Shown in pieces: positions 11,340 to 23,870 of a DNA stretch of 64,000 nucleotides (position 1 is the first letter of the stretch; every line of letters begins with the position of its first letter). Source of the DNA: Octopus sinensis (lineage: Eukaryota). Location of the stretch: contig NC_042998.1 in NCBI RefSeq assembly GCF_006345805.1, positions 51,212,001-51,276,000 on the forward strand. Direction: 5' to 3'. Position numbers and translations under genes: made by a program. The notes beneath the pieces are model-generated. The model did no database searches. It saw only the letters and a program-made list of their open reading frames with translations, and was not told the DNA's origin.

Positions 11340-12080
11340 TTATATTAATTGTATTTCAGCCAGAGTTCTTTCGTCACACTTCTGTGACCTCATCAGTGGT
11401 ACTTTGCTTTCTTTTTTCTTTTTTGTGTCTTTCCTTACTAATGATCAGCCATTTTGTATTCCTATTGTATGTGTCTTTATTTGTGTATGCATATACCCCT
11501 GTGTGTGTCTATGTTTAGTAAGTGTGGGGGGGGGAATGTGCCTGTATTAACAGTATCCCCTATTTATACACGTTCATTTAATTTGTTTTGTTTTTTTCAT
11601 CTGTTTATAACTACTTTTTTGGTATTTAATTTAATTTATTTTATTAATGTATATAGGTATTTAATTCCATTTATTTATCTGTGAGTTGTATTATATTATA
11701 TTCATATTGTTAGCAGTTTATGGGGATCTTATTCTGTCATAGGTTGTGGTGTGCTGGGGATATGTGCTCGTGTTCCATTCTAGTTTCCTATTCAGGCTAG
11801 GTTTATTTTCTATTATGTAGCTTCTGTAATTTGTCTAAGCATTGCATTTGTTCTATGCATGGACAAGATTTTAACTTCTATGTTGTTGAACGAGCCCCTG
11901 TGTTCCTGTTCGGCATGTTGGTACAGAACCAATAAGTTCTTCTCTTCCTTAAGTTCCCTCCAATGCTCATTTACCCACTCTCCTATGTTCTGCACTGTTA
12001 CCCCTACATACGTTGTTGTCTTGTTCCTGCACTGTCTCTCTGTACAGCTTATACTACAGACTACGTTCCTGGATTTACAG
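11340..12080 (-). mobile_element. Penelope-like element 3' part: GIY-YIG endonuclease remnant and terminal repeat
   Basis: ORF 11813-12154(-) contains CKSRNVVCSISC...TTYVGVTVQNIGEWVNEH...LYQHAEQEH...VKILSM...AMLRQITEA, continuing IENKPSLNRKLEW after a stop; this is the GIY-YIG layout of PLEs. Confidence 0.75.
11360..11399 (-). ncRNA. Compact type-I hammerhead ribozyme motif
   Basis: Minus strand: cca CTGATGA g gtcaca gaag tgtgac GAAA gaac TC tgg. Stem I cca/tgg, 6-bp stem II, one extra G after the core; lies ~400 bp downstream of the GIY-YIG remnant on the same strand. Confidence 0.65.
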
Positions 12081-12119
12081 TTTGTTTGTGGGCTAAATCT
12101 ACATACAGTGGATTCTTGC

Positions 12120-12265
12120 TTTTCTTTTCCGAAGAAGAGCTTTGCTTGAAACATAAAACAACCATTCTATCTTTCCTTCTCTGAGCGTCTTATTAATACT
12201 TTGCATGTACCATGTCCTCGTGTTGTTGTTTTTTCTTGTTATCTTTTTTCTCCATTTTTTTTATT
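12120..12265 (+). mobile_element. Penelope-type terminal fragment with decayed minimal HHR
   Basis: tttt ccgaaga agagc ttt gctt gaaa cata aaac followed by ttctctgagcgtcttattaatac, ending at (TA)n; same family as 17119-17292 and 34983-35210. Confidence 0.55.
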
Positions 12266-12923
12266 ATATATATATATATGATGGGATTTTTACAGTTTCC
12301 ATCTACCAAATTCACACAGAATATTTTGATTGATGCAGGGCTATAGTAGAAGACACTTGGCCAAAGAGTTACACAGTTGGGACTGAACCCAAAACCATAT
12401 GTTGGGAAGCAAACTTCTTAAACACACAGCCATGCCTGAAAAACAAAAGATATGATGGATATGGTGGACATGGCTGGAGTGCCTTTGATAACAAAAAAAA
12501 GCACATTTTGAGGCAAAACAACAATAGCTATGTAAGAAACTTTGTTTTGCAACATATTATGAAACTCCTAAAACAAAGTAAAAAAAGAAAAAAAAAAAAG
12601 GAATCTATCAATTTGAGAAAAATAAAATTTCAATAGCTTCAATCTGGGGGTATAAACATAGCAACGGTCACTATCTTATCCCAAACATTAATCTTATAAA
12701 CAATGGAATTAATCAAACTCATTTCTTTACAGCATTAATTAAAAAAAAAAACCTTCTGCAATCATTCAACATAAAAATGGATTCAGGAAAATATTTCAAT
12801 AATAGATTTTTTTTTCCCCACCGCTCCTGGGAGTTTTTGATTTAATCTTTTTTAATGAAAATACTTTCAGCGGAAAACAAGAAAAAAAAGGAATTTAATA
12901 ATAATGATAGTAGTAGTAGTAGT

Positions 12924-12973
<50 letters not shown>

Positions 12974-13422
12974 AGTCTTTAGAACTTTTATATGGGCAAC
13001 AACTTGTTGTTCTTTTCAGAGGAATTATGAACCTGTGATGGGTAGCCATGCATAAAGTTCAGAAAGAAACACTAATATTACATTTAGCTCCAACAGGACT
13101 GATTGATATTTTTTATTGATATATATATATATATATATATACATACATTTATATATATACACACACACGCTAAACTAGCAATAAAAAATAAAAAATTTGC
13201 GAGGGTGTTTTTTTTGTTTTAATTTTTTCTTTTGATATTTTGATTTCTCTACTGGAAACAAAATCAAAATAAATAAAAAAAAAAACTGACGAAAAACAAC
13301 AACAACAAAGCAGCCTTATATGATAGATATCTTTGAGCTTAATATCAACTTTTGGTCACTGAGCCGAACACTCATATAACCAGTTGCAGATTCTTTTTTC
13401 ATATATATATGTGCATGTGTGC

Positions 13423-13429
<7 letters not shown>

Positions 13430-13460
<31 letters not shown>

Positions 13461-13600
13461 ATATACATATATATATATTATATATATATATATATATAGT
13501 ATATATATATATATTATATATATATAATATATATATATATATATTATATATATATATACATATACATATATATATAATATATATATACACATATATATAC

Positions 13601-13660
<60 letters not shown>

Positions 13661-13869
13661 CATTATATATATATATATATCTATATCTATATATATATAT
13701 ATAATATATATATATATTATATATCTATATACATATATATATACATATATATACACACACACACATATATATATATATACACATATATATATATATACAC
13801 ACACATATATATATGCATATATATATATATACATTTATATACATATACATACATATATATATGTGTGTA

Positions 13870-13900
<31 letters not shown>

Positions 13901-13921
13901 AAAATACATACACACAGACAC

Positions 13922-13958
<37 letters not shown>

Positions 13959-13975
13959 GATATATATATACTCTG
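13430..13975. repeat. Large compound (TA)n/(TAC) microsatellite
   Basis: Directly visible. Similar arrays at 610-756, 1270-1490, 25030-25245, 34760-34982, 35975-36300, 54750-55160 and 59870-60190 account for most IY/VC-rich ORFs in the track. Confidence 0.95.
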
Positions 13976-14699
13976 TGAGTGAATGTGTGAGTGTGTGAGT
14001 TTACATATATATGTGTCTGTTTGTGTCAATGTACATGCATATAACGTATTCATTCATACATGTGTATGGCTGTATATGTATATGCATATATGTGGGTAGA
14101 TTGTGAATGCATGTGTATATACATATGTGTGTATGTATGTATTTATGTATGTATGTATGTATATATGAATGTATGTATGTATGTATGTATGTATGTATGT
14201 ACGTACTAATGAATTTTGTATGTGTGTGTGTACTTATATCTTTCTATGATCTCATGGGTTGGATGCTTCTACATAAATTGGTAGCGAAAATGAATATTTT
14301 AGCAAGCACCAAGTATTCAAAAGTGAATGGTAACTATTTTCAAATGAATTGACCAAAGCTAGCAGAGTAACGTCTGCCAGTTAAAAGCACAACACACTGC
14401 CAGTGATTGAATTGCAAGTCTTGCTTTTTAGTTCATTGCTGTATGATCCTCCATCATCATTGGTTTTAACATCCACTTTTCCATGCTCGCATGGGTTGGA
14501 GGCAATTTTGTTGAGGCTGATTTTCTACGGTTGGGTGCCTTTCCTGTTGCCTACCTGCTCCTGTTTCCGGGCATGGTAATATTTGCTCATGACTAGAGGT
14601 GAGGCAGGGGGAACTGAAAATTAAGAACACTGCTGGCATGATAGTGACACTTATTTACAACTATCATGTGGTCAAGGTCAAGTAGACAGTAACACACAT

Positions 14700-15030
14700 G
14701 TATACATATATAAAAATGATAAACATCGCCCTTTTCAAGCCTAGCCAGGCTCATGGGCCCGGTTTCCCTGTTTCTGTGGCATATGTGTTCCCCCCAGCTG
14801 GACGGGACGCCAGTCCATTGCAGCATTACTCAAGAAACAGGAAGAGAGAGTGAGAGAAAGTTGTGGCAAAAGAGTACAACAGGGGTTGCCACCACCCTCT
14901 GCTGGAGCCTCATGGAGCTTTTAGGTGTTTTCACTCAATAAACACAGATAACACCCGATCTGGGAATCGAAACTGCGATCCTCTGACCACAAGTCTGCTG
15001 CCCTAACCCCTGGGCCATTGTGCCTCCACA
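14700..15030 (-). mobile_element. SINE-V (tRNA-like head plus gatggactggcgtcccgtccag core)
   Basis: Minus strand: ggaggcacaatggcccaggggttagggcagcagac...gtttcgattcccag, then atggactggcgtcccgtccagctggggg; second copy at 30675-30980(-). Confidence 0.75.
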
Positions 15031-15059
15031 TATACATACATGCATATATAAATATATTT

Positions 15060-15824
15060 AATTGTTAAAGAGGACAACAAACGTTAAGTTAAGGAAAACA
15101 TCTCAAGTCGTATACATTATTATTATGTATACAGTGCGCCTTTAAATATGGTTTCTGATTATAAATATCTTGGGTCATACATATCATCATCTGGAAAAGA
15201 CTTTCTAACTAGAAAGGGTATGGCCTGGTCAGCCTGTAATGACATGCATAAGATCTGGTCATCAAATCTAAGTAGAGACTTCAAACTTGAAATATTCAAA
15301 GCCACAGTCGAACCAATTCTACTATATGGCTCAGAAACCTGGACGTTATCAAAGAAGCTTGAGAGGCGGTTGGATGGAACCTACACTCGCCTCCTTTTGA
15401 GAGCTCAAAATCTCTCGTGGAAGCGCCATCCAACCAAAATGCAAATATATGGGAAATTACCACTTGTGTCATCTCTTGTGAAAGGTAGGAGAGTCCAGTT
15501 TGCTGGACATTGTTGTAGAGCTGAAAAAGAAGTAATTTCTACTCTTCTCCTCTGGAAGCCATCTACTCGCAATACCAGAGGGCGCACACTCTCCTACCCT
15601 GATGTAATCTCCAGGGATACAGGCATCCAGCAACAGGACCTCCGTAATGCTATGATGGACCGTGAAGTCTGGCGTAACATAGTAAATTCCATTGTCTCGA
15701 CCACTGTCGAACAATGATGATGATGATTATTATTGGAAAAAGTTGGAAGCTTTTCCAATAACAATAATGTATATGACTTGAGATTTTTGCCTTGCCTTAA
15801 CGGTTGTTGCCCTCTTTAACAATT
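15060..15824. repeat. ~165-bp fold-back hairpin interrupted by an RTE insertion
   Basis: Left arm aattgttaaagaggacaacaaacgttaag...ctcaagtcgtatacattattatt (15060-15124) pairs with right arm aataatgtatatgacttgag...ttgccctctttaacaatt (~15760-15824); hairpin apex ttattggaaaag/cttttccaataa lies right of the insertion. Confidence 0.8.
15130..15727 (+). mobile_element. 5'-truncated RTE/RTEX-like LINE, open RT C-terminus and (TGA)n tail
   Basis: ORF 15148-15717: YKYLGS...FKATVEPILLYGSETWTL...RRVQFAGHCCRA...MMDREVWR; the stop codon runs into a tgatgatga tail; flanked by attatt(att) duplication. Confidence 0.9.
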
Positions 15825-15961
15825 ATATTGGAAATCTGCAATTGCTCCATAACTCCGCATCTCTGCTATAACCTTGGAGCCCTAGTAATCTATTACATCA
15901 CTTACCTAGTATACCTAATCATTTAGATTACCTGTGAACTAAATTCCCATACTTTGTATAC

Positions 15962-16005
<44 letters not shown>

Positions 16006-16011
16006 TCTTTT

Positions 16012-16405
16012 TTTACTCTCTTACTTGTTACAGTCATTTGACTGAGGCCATGCTGGAGCACCGCCTTTAGTCGAACAAATCGACCCCGGGACTTATTCTT
16101 TGTAAGCCTAGTACTTATTCTGTCGGTCTCTTTTGCCAAACCGCTAAGTTACGGGGACGTAAACACACCAGCATCGGTTGTCAAGTGATGTTGGGGGGAC
16201 AAACATAGACACAAACATACATATATATGCATGTACACACATACGACGGGCTTCTTTCAATTTTCATCTACCAAATCCACTCACAAAGCTTTGGTCGGCC
16301 TGAGGGTATCGTAGAAGTCACTTGCCCAAGGTGCCACACAGTAGGACTGAACCCGGAACTATGTGGTTTGTAAGCAAGCTACTTACCACACAGCCACTCC
16401 TACGC
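16012..16405 (-). mobile_element. SINE-C (tRNA-derived, internal TA/CA microsatellite), near full length
   Basis: Minus strand: aggagtggctgtgtggtaagtagcttgc...gggttcagtcctactg...ggcaccttgggcaagtg...ggggtcgatttgttcgactaaaggcggtgctccagcatggcc. Other copies or fragments: 12280-12440(-), 16446-16600(+), 16618-17035(-), 22815-22990(-), 25250-25400(+), 29421-29832(+), 40420-40770(-), 62810-63200(-). Confidence 0.85.
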
Positions 16406-17118
16406 CGAAATGAAATAAAAAGAAAAAGAAAAATATATGCAAGTATAGGCATGGCTGTGTGGTGAGAAGTTTACTTCCCAACCACATGGTTCTGGGTTCA
16501 TTCCCTCCCCGTGGTGCCTCGGGCAAGTATTTTCTGCTGTAATCTCAGACTGACCAGGGACTTGTGAATGGGTATTGGTGGACAGAGGCTGTCTATGTAT
16601 ATATATATATATATATACTTATTCTTTTACTTCTTTCAGTCATTTTGACAGTGGCCATGCTGGAGCACTGCCTTTAGTCGAACAAATCGACCACAAGACT
16701 TCTTCTTTGCAAGCTTAGTACTTATTCTATTGGTCTCATTTGCTGAACCACTAAGTCACAGAAACATAAACACACCAACATCGGTTGTCAAGTGATGATG
16801 GAGGGACAAACACAGATACACACACAAATACACACACACACATGCACACACACACACACACATATAATATATGACAGACTTCTTCCAGTTTCTGTCAAGC
16901 AAATCTACTCACAAAGTTTTTGTCGGCCCAAGGCTACAGTCGAAGACACTTGCCCAAGATGCTACACAGTGGGACTGAACCCAGAACCATGTGGCTGGAA
17001 AGCAAGCTTCTTACCACACAGCCATGCTTGTGCCTAAGATGCATATATATATATATATACATCTTATGTATATATATATATACATCATTCAAAATGTGAC
17101 TGCGTGTGTACCGTTGGC

Positions 17119-17292
17119 GATTCTTTTTCCTCTGACTTCCCTTCTCTCGATCTTTCCTTCTCCTATGTTTCCGACAAAGAGCTCAGCTCGAAACGTTAAA
17201 CCTCCTTCTTTCCTTCTTTCCTGAGCGTCCAATAATACTATATTTGTTCCACATCCTCGTGTTGTCGTTTGCTTTCATGTTTGGATTAACTA
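17119..17292 (+). mobile_element. Penelope-type terminal fragment with minimal HHR-like motif
   Basis: gttt ccgacaa a gagc tca gctc gaaa cgtt aaac (17167-17201), then tttcctgagcgtccaataatac, ending at (TA)n. Confidence 0.6.
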
Positions 17293-17448
17293 TATATATA
17301 TCTTAGTGTGTGTGTCTTTGTGTATGTGTTTGTGTCTCCATAACACCATAACATGGCAGTTCAGTAAGAGAGAATGATGGAATGGGTGCCAGGCTTTACA
17401 AAAAATAAGTACTGGTGTCAAATGACTGAAACAAGTAACAGAATAAAA

Positions 17449-17485
<37 letters not shown>

Positions 17486-18935
17486 GCATGTAAACAATTT
17501 AAAATTTTTTTTTTGCAGTACATAGTATTGTATTAAATAATGAGTAAAAACATATAATAAATGCACAAACAAATGGGAAACAAGCACAGATGGTTGCCAA
17601 CACCTCATCAGTTATTGGCCAGAGGATCAACTGCAATTTCGCAACTGACTGATAATATTGCGTCCCCTACTGGTGACACTGACTGCAAATGCTGCCAGGA
17701 ATTGGCAAGCCAGAAAACAAGGAACAAGACAGAAAATGAAGAAACGGACAAGAATGTGATACAGAAAGTTACCGTACAAACATGGAATGAATGTAATCCA
17801 AAATGAGACAATTAGTGGATGTACAAGGGATAGAAAAGAAAACAAACAGGACTGTGAGCACACAAATGAACTGATATAAATAAATGAACAAAATAAGGCC
17901 TTAGGGCCAGACTGGAGGCAATAATAGTCACTGCCGAGAGAATATCCTGAAGGATTTAACAGAGGGAGAGCAAAAGGTGAATAGAGAAGGGGACAAGGAA
18001 ATGTGATGGGATATCATTGTTATATATATATATATATACATCTTATGTATATATATATACATCATTCAAAATGTGACTGCGTGTGTACCGTTGGCAGGTC
18101 TTGAAAAGAGATAAGACAGTGACCAGAGGTCACATGTTAATAGTAGAAGGTGGAGATGAAATGGTAGAGGGCAAAGAGAAACACAGAGAAACCAAAAAAA
18201 TATGACAGATAGCAGCATAGATAGAAGGAGAGAAAGAGCAAGGGAGAGAGAGACAAAGAAGACCAAAGAACATGACAGATAACAGCATAAAAGGAAGGGA
18301 AGAAGGAAAGAGAGAGAGAATGTGTATGTGTATGTGAAAGTGAAAGTGGAAGAGAAAGTGGGGAGAGAGCGTACAAAAAATATGGAGTACTTGTAAACAA
18401 AAAGCTTTTCTGCTGTACATAGTGTTGCATGAGATAATGAGTAAAAACATGTAATGAATGCACAAACAAATAGGGAAACAGACACAGATGGTCAACCTGA
18501 CCCTCTGGTTGATAACTGAAGAATAAATGCGTAAATACGATCCACCCGATGTCCATAGATGCTACAGACTGTACTGTAATCACCCCAGGAATACAGACTA
18601 TGATCGTGAGAAACGTGTGATTTGTGTAAACATGCATAGCGATGCATTAAAATATTTATAAATTCAAAATTCCAACCCTGGTTTATTATTATTATTATTA
18701 TTATTATTATGTGCAAGTGGCACATAAAAATCACCATTTGAGCGTGGTCATTGCCAGTACCGCCTGACTGGCATGTAAAAGCAACCACTACCTTCTCAGA
18801 GTGGTTGGCGTTAGGAAGGGCATCCAGCTGTAGAAACTCTGCCAGATCAGACTGGAGTCTGGTGCAGCCATCTGGTTCGCCAGACCTCAGTCAAATCATC
18901 CAACCCATGCCAGCATGGAAAGCAGATGTTAAACA

Positions 18936-18968
<33 letters not shown>

Positions 18969-19883
18969 TTGTTGTTGTTGTTCAGCAAGAAATTGCTGAA
19001 CCTCATCTGCCAGGACAGGACAGTCCATGAGATATGCAGTATACAAATAACCTCCAGTAAACATGACAGTCAATAACAACATCTTTATCTCATTGACTTG
19101 TACTAGTTGGTTGATGCACATTAAATGAGGTTTTCCTATTGCTCCTTTGCTGAAAGTACTCTTCCATAGCAATGGATAATATACATTGGAAGATATAACA
19201 ATGATATCCCACCTCATCTTTGCTTCACCATGACATACAAGCTGTCACCCAAAGAAATTTTACATAGGTGTTGTCCAACAGATTTTGTAGGTCTTTTGTT
19301 ATTTCAACACCATATACCAACATCCTTTACTATTGCTTTATTACTCGCATCATCATCATCATCATTGTTTAACATCCATTTTTCATGCTGGCATGGGTTG
19401 GACGGTTTGACGGGGGACTGACAAGCCAGGAGGCTGCACCAGGTGCCAATCTGATCAGGCAATGTTTCTACAGCTGGATACCCTTCCTAGTGCCAACCAC
19501 TCCAAGAGTGTAGTGGGTGCTTTTTAGGTTCCACCAGCACAGGAACCAGTCAGGTGGCACTGGCATCAGCCACGTTCAGATGTTGCTTTATATGTGCTAC
19601 TGGCACAGGAGCCAGTCGGGGCAGGGAGGGAGAAGCTGGCATCGACCGTGTTCGGATGGTGCTTTTTACATGTCACCAACATGGGGAGCCAGTCAGGCGG
19701 CACTGGCAACAACCCACGCATGCATGGTGCTTATTGCGTGCCACCAGCATGGAAGCCAGTCAAGTGGCACTGGCATCGGCCACAACTACAATTTCCATTT
19801 GATTATGATTTGATTTGAATTTTGATTTTACTTGACTCAATAGGTCTCCTCAAACATGGAATGTTGCCCGACAATTCAAAGGT

Positions 19884-20262
19884 ACTCTGAAGAATCTAAA
19901 TTTCAGCTTTTGGTTTAGATTAGATTGCCATATGGTTGTTATATTTTTCGATGCCAACCACACTTCAGCTATTCCAGCATTGAGTTCCTTACTGTAAAGA
20001 ATGCCTATTGCCTTCTGCTCTGAAGAATCTAAATTTCAGCTTTTGGTTTTGGTTAGATTTCCATATAGTTGTCATATTTTTCAATGCCGACCACACTTCA
20101 GCCATACAAGCATTGAGTTCCTTACTGTAAAGAATGCCTATTGCCTTCTATATGCTCTGAAGAATCTAAATTTCAGCTTTTGGTTTTGGTTAGATTTCCA
20201 TACGATTGCCATATTTTTCGATGCCAACCACACTTGAGCTATACCAGCATTAAGTTCCTTAT
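19884..20262. repeat. ~135-bp minisatellite, about 2.8 copies
   Basis: Unit start ctctgaagaatctaaatttcagcttttggttt at ~19884, ~20018 and ~20155. Confidence 0.9.
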
Positions 20263-23200
20263 CTAAGTTTGATATCAAGGCTCCAAGATACTATAAAGCA
20301 ATGATATTCTGGAAAAAAAAGTTCCATTAGTAGAATGCAGTGAATGCAGAATAAATTTCTAACCTGCCTATCAATAACCATGCAGTGACAAGAGCTACTA
20401 CATATACATGTTGTGCAAGCATTTAGACAAAGTAAAAGCAAAGAAGAAATACTTCCACTTCGTTTGACTAATGAGTGCTTCAAATTCTAATCACTTTTAC
20501 TTGATTTATTTAACTTAAGCAATTCTATTCTGCTCCCGCTTTTTTTTTTTTTTTTTTACCTTGAGAAGCCATGTTTAGCTTTTGCTTTTGCTTTCTTTTG
20601 TCGTACCTTTATAAATACAATACAGAAACAAAAATAAGAATATTCATATACATTCAGTTAGATGTAGCCCAATGGGATGAAAATGTTGATGATGTGAAAA
20701 ATGAGATATAAATTGTTTACAGCACTAAAGCATACAATTGGGGAAAATTCTACTTTATTTTATTTCTCTTATTTATTTATTTATATATTTATCTATTTGA
20801 ATTTTTCACAAACTTGTAAACACGGCACATTCATCATCATCGTCGTCATCGTTGCTGTCATTGCTGTTGTTGTCGTTGTCGTTGTCGTCGTCGTCATCTT
20901 CATCGTCTTCGTCGTCCTCGTCCTTGTCATCATCATTATCACAGTCGTTCTCATTAGGCTGATTCTGTATTGATTTTTCTCGCAAACGTAAGTTATAAAG
21001 GTCAAACAAATACTTTTCGACAATCTGCTGTAGAATTCTATTTCCAGCTAAATGTTTTGTTTTCTATTTTTACACCATCCACACATGCATCTGCACACAC
21101 ACACACACACACACACACACGCAGACACACACACACACACACGCAAACACACACACGCAGACACACACACACACAGCTCTATAGTTTCTGTACATAACTA
21201 CTGTATTGTACATATACTGAGTTACTTTATTTACAACAAATATATGTGCATGTGCAGATATTCATACACATGTGTGTGTGTGTGTGTGTGTGTACAAAGA
21301 TACATATCTGCTTGTAAAAGATAGTATTATACAATGTAGCTTTTTTTCTTTTTTTTTAGCAGACCACTTCACAACAGCTACTGCACACATATAGCTATAT
21401 GTACATACACACACACACAAAATGAATATGCTAAGCAAATGAGCAAAGAAACCAGATTTGTGCAGATCCATTGAGAGCCACCACACTTAGATGTGATTAC
21501 CTTTGTTGTTGCTGCTGTTACTCTTTGATTTCAGATCAATTCCAATTAAGCGAAGGATCAAAGGTCCTTCCCAAGCAATAGACACATAAGGCAGGTTCTT
21601 CAGATTCCATGGTGTTTATATATTCCACCCCAAGGATGGTACACTGGTCAGCCACAGGATTACTCATGTTTGATAGCTGAGCAGAGTGGAGCAGTGTGGA
21701 ATGAAGTGTTTTTGCTCAGGAGCATAATGCATTGCCCAGTCCAGGAATTGAAACCACAATCTTAGGATCATGAGTGTAACATTCTAACCACTAAGCCATA
21801 AGGTAAATGTAAAAGTCATCTTCTCAAGTCATACTGACGCATAAGGGCCAGTTTCCCGGTTTCAATGGTGTATATATTCCCCACCTGAAAGGGACACCAG
21901 TTCGTTAAAGGATCACTCATTTCTGCCAGCTAAGTGAACTGGAACAACATGAAATGAAGCGTATATTTCTAGCCATGATTATGTACATTAGACTCAATAC
22001 CTCTACACAAGGCAATATGCACAAGACTATATACCACATTTTCCAGCATACAAATTGAATTCTTCAAACCAAAATTTACAGCCAAAAATGACAGGTCAAT
22101 TTAAACACCAAGATGACTTTGGAGGACTAAAACTTCCATATGTAATGCATCAAGATTTGTAAAGATAGTGACAATGATTGAATGTTTACACCTACATGTT
22201 TACACAATATAGTATGTCGATTTGTATGTCAGAAAATATGGTTATATTGCTTTAACGATGAGATAAATTCTTGAAGTTCTGTGTTATGATTCTTTCTAAT
22301 TTTGTCACAAGGCCAACAATTTTAAAGGGAAGGCAGAGTGGGGTGGGGAGTCGATTACGTCAACCCCAGTACTTGACTGGCACCTATTTTATCAACCCTG
22401 AATGTATAAAAGACAAAGATAGCCTTGGCAATGTGTGAACTCAGAATGTAAAGGAAAAATGCTGCTAAGCATTTTATCCAACATGTTCATGATTCTGCCA
22501 GTTTTCTCCCTCAACCCCAAGTCATCATCATCATCATCATCATCGTTTAATGTCTGTTTTCCATGCTGGCATGGGTTGGACGGTCTGACTGAGGACTGGC
22601 AGGCCAGTAGGCTGCACCAGGCTCCAGTCTGATCTGGCAAGATTTCTGCAGCTGGATGCCCTTCCTAACACCAACCACTCTGAGAGTGTAGTGGGTGCTT
22701 TTTACGTGCCACCAGCATGGGAGTCAGTCAGGTGGTGCTCGCAAGTCATAGTATAAAAGAGAATATACACATGTGAGATTGAGTATGCAGAGAATGCAAA
22801 TAACACACACACACAACAGGCTTCTTTTCAGTTTCTCTCTTTCAATTCCACTCATAAGGCTGTAGTAGAATACAGTAGACATTTAGCTTGGGGTTGTAGT
22901 AAAAGACACTTGCCCAAGGAGCCACAGAGTGGAATTGAACCCAAAACCATGTGGTTAGGATGTAAACTTCCTAACCATACAGTCTGACCTGCACTTAGTT
23001 ATAGTAAAGCCAGTTTAAAACAAAGTTAAGACTAATACTAAATAGAATCCAGTATGTATTTATAAGAAGACAAAGAACTACAAATTTCTTATTTCTTAAA
23101 TGACAGTTACAAGCCAAATTCTTTGAAAAGGACCTAACTCAGGCTTTTGATTTAAAAAGGCCTTTTGATGGAACTCTGCATTCTATAATCTGGTATTAAA

Positions 23201-23464
23201 AATTGAGAAATAAAATTTTCGATGTATGGTCCATGTGATTCGCCAATGCCATGCAGAAATATGGAAAAATGGCTAAAATATAAAATCAGGATTATCAGCA
23301 TATTCAATAGGTACTTAAGTTTCTGATCAGATTACAACAAGGCTCTTTTCTTAGATGTATTGCTGGTGGATTTTAAAATCATTTTCAAAGGAATTTGAAT
23401 TGCAAAATCTACTGTAGGAAGTAAGTCATATTTTTGAACAGAGGAAGTTTCGTAATAACAATGT

Positions 23465-23870
23465 AGTTGGGGCTGTGTGGTAAGCAGCTTGCTTACCAAC
23501 CACAGGGTTCCAGGTTCAGTCCCACTGAGTGGCACCTTGGGCAAGTGTCTTCTACTATAGCCTCGGGCCGACCAAAGCCTTGTGAATGGATTTGGCAGAC
23601 AGAAACTGAAAGAAGCCCGTCATATATATACATGTATATATATATATGTATGTGTGTGTATAAGTTTGTGTGTCTGTATTTGTCTCCCCAACATCGCTTG
23701 ACAACCGATGCTGGTGTGTTTACGTCTCCGTAACTTAGTGGTTCGGCAAAAGAAACCGATAGAATAAGTACTAGGCTTACAAAGAATAAGTCCTGGCATC
23801 GATTTGCTCGACTAAAGGCGGTGCTCCAGCATGGCCGCAGTCAAATGACTGAAACAAGTAAAAGAGTAAG
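23465..23870 (+). mobile_element. SINE-C, full-length and well conserved
   Basis: ggggctgtgtggtaagcagcttgcttaccaacc...ggttcagtcccactg...aagcccgtc(TA/TG)n...gatttgctcgactaaaggcggtgctccagcatggccgcagtcaaatgactgaaacaagtaaaagagta. Confidence 0.9.

Noticed and set aside
13352-13978. 208-aa ORF and other long IY/YI, VC/HT, poly-D/H/M and GE/PS-rich ORFs
   Set aside because: They are translations of (TA)n, (CA)n, (GAT)n and purine-rich microsatellites, which lack stop codons in some frames.
18513-18620. Long-loop hammerhead from ctgaaga to gaaacgtgtg
   Set aside because: Cleavage position would be G, stem I does not pair, and the stem II base is unpaired.
19510-19790. CRISPR-like repeat-spacer array
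   Set aside because: Units are contiguous degenerate tandem repeats without unique spacers, lie in a LINE 3' UTR, and the context is eukaryotic with no cas genes.
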